DNA from: Bilabrum cf. latius
Taxonomy: Eukaryota
NCBI GenBank assembly: GCA_965178125.1
Contig: OZ237737.1
Location: 248,001 to 312,000 of the forward strand
Direction of reading: 5' to 3'
Length of the DNA: 64,000 bases
A model generated the notes under the pieces. It did no database searches. It had not been told where the DNA came from and saw nothing but the letters and a program-made list of their open reading frames with translations. Position numbers and translations under genes: made by a program. Positions 36,943 to 47,592 of the stretch are shown here, in pieces; the stretch's first letter is position 1; each line of letters begins with the position of its first letter.

Positions 36943-37389
36943 ATGGCGTCGCTTAGGAGAACCCCACTGAAGATCTCGGCGGTATTTGGAGAAATGACAG
37001 TTATGTGCCCCGCATAGGTGAGAATAGATCTGTACTCGTGCTTTCTAAGCAGTTTCGAGCGCCTTGCATCCGAAACCAACGAGGACCTCGATTTCTTCGC
37101 CCCCACATCGCAGATTGTAGGCTATGGCGCGTGTGTCGTCAAGAATATGAACAATCTCCAGAAGGACCAGTGCCAAAAAGAGTTCATGCAGCTTCGACAA
37201 TGTGCGGGCACGGCCATTGTGAGTTCGACCATCTGCACTACGTTGTAGTGCATGATTCTGCTTTGCCAAAGGCTGTTGTGATTTATTCATGCTCTCATAA
37301 GGCTAACATAACCGTTTTCCTCCAATACGTTGCTTGCATTCTATTGTCCGCAGAAGAAAGGGCGCGCCGCCCGCATGATGGGCAGGTGA
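36943..37389 (+). CDS. Twin CX9C mitochondrial protein, NDUFAF8-like; exons 36943-37017, 37114-37218, 37354-37389
   Basis: Spliced product contains CPA*IVGYGAC and CQKEFMQLRQC (twin CX9C); canonical GTGAG...GCAG introns; ends TGA. Confidence 0.75.
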
Positions 37390-37814
37390 TGCTTGCAGTT
37401 GCTGTTCAAGCTGCTGTCATCGTCGTCAGCGGTCGAGCCAGTCGTGGATTCGGCCCTGATGCTTGGCGCTGCATGCCTCTGCTTCGCTGCACAGGCGCAT
37501 GTAATTGTTGTTAAGTGTGTGATTTCGTTTGGGCTCGGGGCGGCGCTACTGCTCCTCGACGCCACACATGGCTACTCTTCGTTCCTCTCTTCCGCTGACT
37601 AGGCTCCCCCCAGCCAATGCTCACTCCACTAAGGAAAGTTACATTCACACGTATGACAAGAATTCAACGGCACGCTATATTCCAGTCGTAGGCTTACCCT
37701 TCTGCACACGCCACTAGCAGCAGCCGACCTCAGAAATCGCAGCACCGGCACTAGCTCTGCAACAATGGCTTCCACGACCACCGCGACCAGAACCACCAAC
37801 ACTGGCACTGGCGA

Positions 37815-40800
37815 TCACTCCTGCTTCTCATCAGCCTGTTCAGACTCCCCAGCATCCTCACCCAGCTGGGACGATGCCCTGGCCCTTCGGCTCCTGGCCC
37901 GCTGCACCTCGGCAGCCGCCTCCTGCCGGGCGTCCGCCGCTGCCGCATCCTGAGCCAGCACCGCGGCGCCCACGAGTTCCGCTGCGAACTTGGCGCTCTC
38001 CGCGGACGCGGCCCGCTCCTGCCGAATGGCGGCTGCCGCCGGGCCAGTGCCCAGAGCCAGCTGGCTCTGGCTCCCGCTCCCGCTCGCGGGCGATGCAGGG
38101 CCGGTCCCTGCTGGGAACCCGTCCGCACCAGCTGCTCCTGCTGCTCCCCCATCGCCCAGCTCCCCTGTGCCGACCTCCAGTCCCGTTTCGTCGTCAAGGC
38201 GGAGTGACACGCCCCCAGTGGACATGGCACTCGCCAGTCTCGGCCCCCCGTCAGCTGAACCCGCACCCACCGTGAACCGCCCCGCGGGCCCGTCCCCTCC
38301 CCCGTTGTTCCCTGGGCTGCTGACGGACCCGCTGACCAGCCTGCCCAGCACCTCCCCCCTGGCGCTGTACGACCGGTCACAGTATGCCCCCCGGAAGATG
38401 GAGGCCTGCTTCCATGCGATACTGCGGCCGATCACCGCATCGATGGCCGCGGTGACTGTGAGGAACACGGCACCGTCCCCGTCCAGACCCCGCTGGGACA
38501 CCGCAGCCCTCACTACGGAGTCTTCGTCCGCCTCTTGTTCCCCAGCTTCTCCCTTCGACTCGGCTTCCTCCTGCTGTTCTCCAGGCGGCGCGTGGGTGAT
38601 GTCCGTGGGCGCGACAGCTGCAGCGGCCGATGCAGCTCCCCCCTCCGCCGCCCCTATCGTTCCCTGGCCCTGGCCCTGGCCCTGGCCCTGGCTCTGGGGG
38701 GGCGCACCACCCTCACTGCCTTCGCCTCTGCCGGCCCCCGCACCCATGGCCTGCTTGATGCCGAACCGCTCGAAGACGTCGCGCACCGGGCCAGGGAGAG
38801 CCGCGAAATACAGCCTCACGCCGCACTTGCGGAACACCTTGATCGTGCTGTCCAGCTCCTGGCAGGCGCTCGTGTCGATCGTGTTGATGCGGCACCCATC
38901 CACCACCACGGCACGCAGAACCTCCTGGTGCTCCTCCTCGCCCCCCTCCAGCCCGGGCCCACCAGCAGATGGTAGCGGCACCATCCCGGCCCCTTTGGCC
39001 ACCTGCGGCCCATCGATCTCGGCCATGTCCACCCCGGCCCCTTTGCCCCGCCTGCGACGCGCCTGGATGCCCTCAGACACGATGGCGGCCGCCACGTCAT
39101 CGTCGTCATCACGGGATGGGGCGTCCTACCTCGCGCCTGCCTGCCCCGCCTCCAGGTCGATACCGGGCGGGGCGCTGCCACCTGCCTGGTCCTCGCCTGT
39201 TTTGACTCTCACCCTCTTCTTGTACTTGTACTCGCCCGCACCAGACGCGCGGCTGCTGGCGCGGGACCGGTCGCCCGCTTTGTTCCCTAGGCCCTCCACC
39301 CCGACCCCGCTGGCGTCCTCGCTGCCCTTGGCCTCCGCACCATCTCCAGCGAGGTGAGCGCCACCCTGTCCACCAGACGAGGCCTCCAGCGAGGACGAAG
39401 AAGAAGACGGCTTCACCACCGCCGCCGCCTCCCCACCCCCGCAGCACACCGACCCGCCTGCAGCACCCGCATCCACCGCACCCGCGGCCTGCTCCTGCGC
39501 AGCCGCCTCTTCGAGCTCCTCCGCCCTGACCACCTCCTGCAGCCGGGCCCCGAGCAGCCGCATCAGGTGCTTGGAGACGACCTTGACGTTGCCAAAGTTC
39601 AGCTCGCCGTCTACGCGCAGCACCACCACGCCGGGCACGCGGTGCGTCTGGGGGTACCTTTGGGCATGGACAAAGACGTCAGTGCCCGGCAGCCTGCCCA
39701 GCTCGGTGATTCTCGGCTGAAAGGACCGGTAGATGAGCAGCACCAGAGAGAAGGCGACGGAGATGATGATGCCGTTATCGATGCCCGTCAGCAGCGTCAC
39801 CACGAACGTGAACATGAACTGCGCAAAGTCCATGTGGCTGACCCTCCAGAGCAGCATGGCGTCCTTCCACTTGACCAGGCTCTGAGTGGATGCCAGCACC
39901 ATCGCGGCGAGGACCGTCTTGGGCAGCTGCTCGAAGGCGGGCGCCACTGCGAGCACCACGAGCACCATCATGAGGCCCGTGATGATCACGGCCATGGGCG
40001 TCTTGGCACCAATCTCCGCGTTCACCGCCGTCCGGGTGAATGAACCAGAGGGTGGGTACGCCGAGAAGAAGCTGCCCACGGTGGAGGCTGCCCCGAGCGC
40101 CACCAGCTCGATGTTGGCCGACACCTCCTCGTTGGCCTCCTTGGCGAAACTGAGCGCAAGAGAGATGCTGCCCACGTACGCGATGAGCGCCAGGACGGCG
40201 GACTGCGGCAGGAGCTCCCAGAACTAGCCCATAGATTTTAAGGGGAACCCTGCGGCAGGGAAGCCCGCGGGGATATCGCCCACCACGGTCACTCCCTCGT
40301 CTTTGAAGCCTACTGCGACGGAGAGTCCGATGCAGAGACCCACCACGATCAGCTGGATGGGGAACCACTTGGGGGGAGGCTTGCCGGGCTCCCCGCAGGG
40401 CCACAGCCCGCAGAGGTGGATGTACTTGAAGCCAACGAGCACCACCAGAGCGCATATACCCACGATGGCGGTGAGCCCGTGGGCCTTGCCCAGGTTCGCG
40501 AACACGATGTACACGTTGTCGTAGAACTGGTCACCACCGTCCATGTCTATGCCCAGGAAGTCCCTCAGCTGCGAGGCCACGATGATGAACGCGGCGGCGC
40601 TCACAAATCCGCTCATGACCGGCCACGAGAGAAGGTTCGCCACGAACCCGAGCCGCAGGGCCCCGCACACGACGAGCACGATCCCAGAGACGAAGGAAAG
40701 CGCGATGGTCAGCTGGATGCGGTCGGCCTCCGTGGCGGGCCCGAGGCTGGTGACGATCTGGTTGATGAGGATGGAGGGTGGGGCCACGGGCCCGGGGGCT

Positions 40801-41318
40801 ACCTTCGTGGAAGAGGCCAGCAGGGCATACACGAAGAGCGGAATTGTCGACGAATACAGCCCGTAGATGGGAGGCAGGCCCGCGAGCACGGCGTATGCCA
40901 TGGACTGAGGAATGAGCAGCACGCCGACCGAGAGTCCGGCCATGACGTCGCTGAACGCCGTCTGGCCAGTGTACTTGGGAAGCCACTGCACGATCGGTAT
41001 CTGGTCCAGAGACATCTGACACCAATTTCTTATGAAAGACCAAGCCTCTGCCACGGTCACGTCGTCCGGGACACTCTCCTCAAACACTTTCGAATGCGCC
41101 ACAACCCGCCGCGTCCGCCTGCCCTGCAGCAATTTGCCCGACGGGTCATCCGGGTCGATGCTGCCGTCACTGTGATATCCATCGTTTCCTGGCCTGCTAG
41201 GTGCCGTGCTGCCATCAATGGTGCGGTGCATCGGTGCTTCTCGAGAATCGTGACGCGCCGGTACAGTAGCCGGGGACCCAGCAGCGAGCCGCCTGCTGCT
41301 GTCACCAGAGCCACTCAT
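37815..41318 (-). CDS. SLC26/SulP sulfate/anion transporter with STAS domain
   Basis: DVMAGLSVGVLLIPQSMAYAVLAGLPPIYGLY, GSFTRTAVN, LRVDGELNFGN, INTIDTS. TAG 40224 and 39126; ends TGA. Confidence 0.92.
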
Positions 41319-41653
41319 GTGAAAGGTTGTAGCAACTTATCACCGACAGCAGGTGATTCTGCAATTGATGCTTCTTCGCAGCACCACAAGATTCGATTGC
41401 AAGATCAGCTGTTGGTGTTGTTCGAACTGGAAGCCACCCCAGCAGAAAAAGGCAGTGCCTGAGCAAGGTTTACAAAACAACCGTACGAAGAAGCACGCGA
41501 AGACCTCGAAAGCGCTCTGTAGTATATTCAGCTCAGTGCACTGTACTTCGATGTAGTTTCCGTCGATGGGCGGCGCCGCGCACCGTTGCCCGGAACCGCA
41601 CAACGACTTGGGCTAACCTCTCGAACGCACACGGGCCACGCGTGGTCAACTCA

Positions 41654-43936
41654 TCAGAATCCCCTAGACTGCCCGCTCTTCCCTGGCCTGCTGGCCTGTC
41701 CCAGAGTCCGGGCCGATTCCCGGATGTGTGTGCTGGACTGGTTCAGGCGGAAAAGCCTCTCGGGGATCCCGATGAACATGGGGGACACACCGTCCCGGAA
41801 CATGGCCGGGATGTGGTCCCGCAGGTCCGCCACAGTGCGAAACACACCCTCCTGCTCCTGCTCCTGCTCCTTTTCCTTCTACTTCTCGTCCCCCTGCTCC
41901 TCTTCTCGCCCCGCCACCACGAACCGACACCCCTTCTCCCGCAGCGCCGCCAGAGCGACCACCACTCCTGAAACTGTTCCCCCGAAGTATTTGGGATCCA
42001 GCACGCGCTTGGCCGTATCGTACCCCACCACGAACCAGCACCCAGGGAACAAGCGGGCTTTTCCGTCGAAGAGAGGCTCCCCCGTGCACACCAACGGCCA
42101 CCGTCGCCCCGACACGCCCGTCAGCGGGGCCCCGTACGTGCGGGCCAGTCCGCCCGCACTGATCGTGTCCTATCTCCGCAGCGGGGGGGTCATGATCGGC
42201 AGGCTTGCCGAGCGAGCGGCTGTCCCGTCCATTGCTTTCGATGGGACAGCTCCAGTTCCTGCTTCTGCTTTGGATTCGGATCCAGACGAAGAGGGCCGCG
42301 CCTCCGTCCGAGAACGCTTGGCGGCAGGGGGCTCGCTGCCCTGGCCCTGGCCCTGGCCCTGCCCTTGATCTTGATCTTGATCTTGATCTTGATCTTCACC
42401 CCCCTATGGGAGGAGGCCCAGCAGATCAAGAGGGTCCACGAACTGACCCACCCGCTCCAGCAGCTGGTCCCGAGACATGGTCGGCTTGTCCGCATTGCGC
42501 ACCGCCAGCTCGAACACCCCGGGAGGCAGACCATCCTCCCCATCATCCCTTTTCTCCCGCCCATCGCCCTTGCCTGTGTCCCCTCCTCCGGCACTCGAGG
42601 CTCGTTCCCTTTTCCCCAGTCCATCGGACCAGGAGTCAGCCACGCAGTCCTGGCCAGCAACCCTGGCAGCTGACTCCACCACCAACCTTGCCGCGACCGT
42701 GCGACGGGCAGCCTGCATCATCTCTTCGTGACCCGCGTGAAACGGTCGAAACGACCCAGGGCACACAACAGTCCCCGGGGGCAGGCACGCCCCGCGCAGC
42801 ACGCTGTACCGCCGACCCTCTGGCTCACCTTCCGGTGCGCTAGTAGCCGCCGCCTCTGCGGGCGCGCTTGCCTGCCCGCCGGCTCCAGAGCTGGCTTGGG
42901 AGGATGCCGAGGAGGAGGAGGAGGAGGAGGCGGAGGCGGAGGAGGATGAGGATGGGGGTGCATTAGGTGTGCCGAGTGACGAGTGCACCTCTATCACCTC
43001 GATCTGGCCCCAATCGTCCCATCCTAGCTACGATCCTACTGGTGCCGCAGCGGAACCGTGCGCGGCGCCAGGGCCAACCTCTCCGGTTCCACCCCGGCTC
43101 GAAGCAGCCGCGCTCTGTTGTCCAGCCAGCGGCTCTCCCCTGCTTCGCTTCGTCCCACCGGTACCGGCTGGTGTCTTTGCTTTGGCGCTGGACTCGGAGC
43201 TGATGCTGCTGCTGCTCCCCCTGCTGTTTGTGCCGTCCACTGGCAGAGCAGGCACAGCTCTGGCTGCAAACAGCACGGTGTTCGGTCCTCCCGACGGGGA
43301 TTCCTATTCCGAGTCGAAGAGGCCCTCCAGGAAGTCTCCTGCGTGGCGCACCTGCACTTGCGCTCGCACAAAGCCGCACGCGCGGAGGCTGGCCTCTAGG
43401 TCGGCTGCCACTGGATCGCACCCCATGCTGCGGGCGAGAACTGCGGCAGATAAAATAGCCACGGCTTCGTCCTCGTCCTCCCTGGATGTGCTCGCCTCCT
43501 TGTTGAGGACCATCTGCGCTCCAACCTGCCGAGCCTATCCGTGGGCAGCAACGAACGCGCGGTGCTAGCCGCGCTTCGGCCGGTTGGACCGCAACGCAGC
43601 GGTTATGCCAAGACCAATGGGAGATCCTGCTGCCAGGTCCTCCAGTGACTGACCTGATCTGCTCCAAAGCAACTGCGCACGCGATCCAGCCGACTGTGCT
43701 AACCGCGCAGCAGCATCTTGGGAGCAGAACGATGACTGCAGCTGCGTAACGTCCACCGTAGATGCGATACCGTAGTTGATCTGGGCTTCCATTAATAAGC
43801 CTGAAGCCCCTGGCAATCGAGTTATTTCAGCAGCAAGCGTGCCGGCTTGAGCACCAAGAATCACAACCATGTGACCTCTGTTTGCTTCGATTAGCCTCTT
43901 GCATGCCGATTTAACCAGATCAGGAAATCGTGACAT
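41654..43936 (-). CDS. HxGH-type nucleotidyltransferase superfamily protein with CinA-C-like N-terminal region
   Basis: PGAS...EAQINY, RPKRG*HR, PGSFRPFHAGH, FELAVRNADKP, PLFDGKARLFP, FVVGYDTAKRVLDPKYF, SSTHIR. Six ORF pieces joined by 6 TAGs; ends TGA. Confidence 0.8.
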
Positions 43937-44146
43937 GCTTGCCAGCGTCTTAACCTTTGTATGCCAGGTCAAATGCCCGGATCCAGCGGATCACAGCCCC
44001 ATCCGCGAATTTCACGATTCCGAATCTTAACACCACAGCACATTAATCGCACTATAGGGATGGTAAAGAGATATGTAGACTGTGTCTGTTTTTATTTTGT
44101 TGTATTGTGCTGTATACTGCGTATCAGTTGGATGATACAGTCCTAC

Positions 44147-45760
44147 ATGGCCACCATTTTAGCCAACCCTAAATCGTGCACTGCAAGTATATCTGTAATT
44201 GGACGGCTTGTTGGATCCACTGCGGAAAACGAGGGCTCAATTGAGTATATGTTAGATATAAACGGCTCTAGTCTATTGGTTCGACAGCATGCAATTGATT
44301 TTGTCGTGCTTCCGGCGAGCAGCACGGCTGTTGCATCCAAACCATCGGGTTTCTACTAGCAGAGATTAGCTGGCTCACGCAAGCAGAATCATCGGGATGC
44401 GTTCGATCCTCCTGATTCTAGTCTGCTTGTTTGGCCACGGAGCCAGGCATATGGTCGAACAGACGGTTGTGCGGAATTCTTTGGGTTGGAAGCCACCCAC
44501 ATGGTCGTTATGAATAAGTATCCAGTGTCACAAATGCACATGCTTGTCGTCAGGCAACCATTTCAAAGCCAAATGAAGGCGCTTGATACGGATGACTTCC
44601 GGGCTGCTATTGCAGTTGCGTCCTCCATTGCGCGAGACTCATCAACATAGGGGGCGGATTTGCAGCAGCATCATGATGGTGCATCATGGGGCTCTTGCTC
44701 TGTCGACGATCATGGTGATAGACCGCTGATTTTCTTCAACGGTGGTCCAGCCGCAAGCGCAACGTAGCCCCGAAGGCATTTGCAGGTCGTTTCCCTCGCG
44801 TGCGCCATGCAAGGACTCAGAGAAAGCGACACGGAGCAACTGCACCTCCCAGTCGAAATCGCGCTTGCTCGGCGAGAAGCGGCAGTGGAATCACAGTTTG
44901 CTGAGCCGCAGGTAGACAGCGCCGCTATAGAAAGTAGTGGTAGAGGCTATATCATTGAAAGGGATCTTCCAGATGGCATCGTCCGTCTACCGCAGTGGCA
45001 GTTTGCGCATGCTGCGAGCCGTCTGCCAGCAGCAGCCACTCGGCTGCTAGGCTCTACAAGCAGCGAGCCTACAACCGCGCAGATTGCTAGTTAGGCCAAG
45101 GCGCATGTGGTTGGTAATGAAAATGGTGATGATAGAGTTCACAAGCTCGGGTCTGCCGCGGGGGCGATAAACGAGCAGGACCTCAGAGCGGTTTCAAAGC
45201 AAGTGCTCGGACTGTACCAAAGCGTGCTTCAAGCAGCCATTCGCGATGCAGATGCGCAAGCCCTGGATAGTTGCCCCAAAATGGACTGGGTATTATCGAT
45301 GGGCCCAATACCTGAAGCTTTTGGTAGGAGGACCGGAGAGTGGGAGCAAGGCCAGAGCCGGCTGGTTTCAGTGCCGCAGCACAGCCTTATCATGACACCG
45401 GACTGGATGGTTGTCGTGCTCCGATCCAAGAAAGCCCACAGGGGAATTCCGGTGGCGGGGCCGAGCTACGCCGGCCTGATGTTGGCCCTCGGCGAAGCGG
45501 AGCTGAAAGTGCTCGGTGTGAGCGACTCGGAGCAGATGCCCGACAGAGACACTGCCAGCGGAGGAGCACGCCGGCGCGTGGATCTAGATGCGCCCAGGAG
45601 AGCCGGGTCAGAGACAGGCAGCAGCCATGACGCCATCGGCCCGGTTGGAGTACTGACTGCTTGCGGGGTAGACTCTAGCAGGGTGCCACTCCTGGAGCAC
45701 CCTGCAGAGCCGCCGGACCATTCCATGCAGCGACACGAGACCCCACCCGCCGGTCAGTGA
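44147..45760 (+). CDS. Ap4A phosphorylase / ATP adenylyltransferase (Apa1/2-like)
   Basis: DAFDPPD, VVMNKYPV..HMLVV..F.SQ, FFNGGPAASAT*PRRHLQ, LIMTPDWMVVVLRS, SYAGLML. TAG 44357, 44648, 44765, 45092; ends TGA. Start codon uncertain. Confidence 0.8.
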
Positions 45761-45972
45761 CGGCCGCATGATGCGTCAAGATGCTCCACTAATGGTGGTA
45801 TTGGCAATTTCAGTGGCAGTGGCTAGGCCTCTCGAGTCACGCTAAAGCTGATCACTTTATGAAGCAGTTGCGAATCATGTGGTATTATTGCATAGGTCCA
45901 GATACTCCGCATTTTAATACATCAAATAATCATCTGCGATGGTTGGTTGCATCCGGATTCCGGAATCCGGAT

Positions 45973-47406
45973 TTACTGTCCCTGCGCTGCAGCACCACCG
46001 GCAAGCGCTTCAGCCGCCCCGTCGATGGCCTGCTCCAAATCGCCCCACAGATCCTCTACGTCTTCCAGCCCAACTGACACTCTCAGCAAGGAAGCCGGCG
46101 TCTTGGACCACTCGGGCTCGATGGTCCTCCTGTGCTCCACCAGGCTCTCGGTGCCGCCCAGCGAGGTGGCCCGGCGGAAGACCTTCACTCGGGCTGCCGC
46201 TTCCACCGCGAAATCCTGAAAGGCGTCCAGATCCAGTGGCTCACTCCCACCGCCGGCGCCTCCCTTCGCATCGTACTCGTGCTCGTGCTCGTGCGGCTGC
46301 GGCAGGGTGAAGCTCAGCATGGCCCCGAACCCGAACCGCTCCCAGTCCGTCTGTTCCCTGGTGACCTGGTGCCCCGCGTGCGATGCCAGCCCGGGGTAGT
46401 GCACCCTGCCCACGAACGGGTGCTGCTCGAGCCTCTGCGCGAGCACGAGAGCGCTTTCTCCTGCCATCTTCATGCGGGCGGGGAGGGTGCGGAGGCCCCT
46501 CATGGCGAGCCAGGCGTCGAAGGGTGCCGCCACCCCGCCCTGAAGCTGCTGCGACAGCCTGGCTTGCTCCCACACCTGCCTCCGCAACGCATCCACTGCA
46601 CCACCAGTGCCGGTCGGATCCTCCGTCTGACCCACGGCAGACACGAGCGCTCCCCCCAGCAGGTCCGAGTGCCCCCCGATATGCTTGGTGGTGGAGTGCA
46701 CCACAAAATCGACACCGCGGGACAGCGGCCTGCACAGCACGGGGGTCATCCAAGTGGAGTCGCAGGCCACGAGGGCACCCTTGCTGTGCGCGAGAGAGCT
46801 GGCCTGTGCCAGAGGAGTGACTCGCAAGAGAGGGTTGCTCGGCGATTCGAGCCAGAGTAGCACCGGCCCGGATGATGATGACGATGGTGATGATGCGCTC
46901 GCTTCGTCAAGGGCCGCTTCGATGGCAGGGAGGCTGCTCGTGTCGGCAACTATGCACTTCTACCTCCAAGGTTTGAAAATTGTCTCGTGGAGGGTCCCCA
47001 GGCCGTGGTACATGTCTTCTGGTAGGATGACAGTGGCGTCGGGACCGACTGCCGTGAGCAACGCAGAGCATGCTGCCAGGCCGGAGGCGAATGCTATAGA
47101 GTCTTTGCCGGCCTCAGCAGTTGCTAGTGACTACTCGAACTGTTTCCTGGTCGGGTTGTCCTGTCGAGAGTACAGAAATCCCTTGCTATACTCCAGATCC
47201 GCGTCTCGTTCAAATGTTGTAGCAAAATGAATGGGCGGAGTCACGGATCCAAATTGGTCATCAGAGCTGTTGCAACCAGCATGTGCAAGCACTGTCTGAA
47301 CAGCTGGTCCTGTTTTCGCGGCGCATCTAGCTGCACAAACGTGTAGTTGCCGTCCCGTCCCGAGCAAAGGTGCAGACCGCGCAGCTCCCATCAAACGACG
47401 AATCAT
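45973..47406 (-). CDS. Cystathionine gamma-synthase/gamma-lyase family PLP enzyme with presequence-like N-terminus
   Basis: YSRQDNPTR, FASGLAA, WLESPSNP, HSTTKHIGGHSD (PLP Lys), ATSLGGTESLVEH, LLRVSVGLE. TAG 47131 and 46960; ends TAA. Confidence 0.9.
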
Positions 47407-47592
47407 GGCACCTCACAAAGTCAAAAGCTGAATGGATTTAGTTTATACGGATTAATTGGCTTTGATACCGATTAAACTGTATAGATTTAGCACAATAGGG
47501 ACAGGAAGAAGTGTTTTCAATCCGCCGCCCGGAATTAGAATAATCGGCAGTCGCTGCCTCAGCTCGCGAAACCGGTGTGGAGCACTAGAGAC

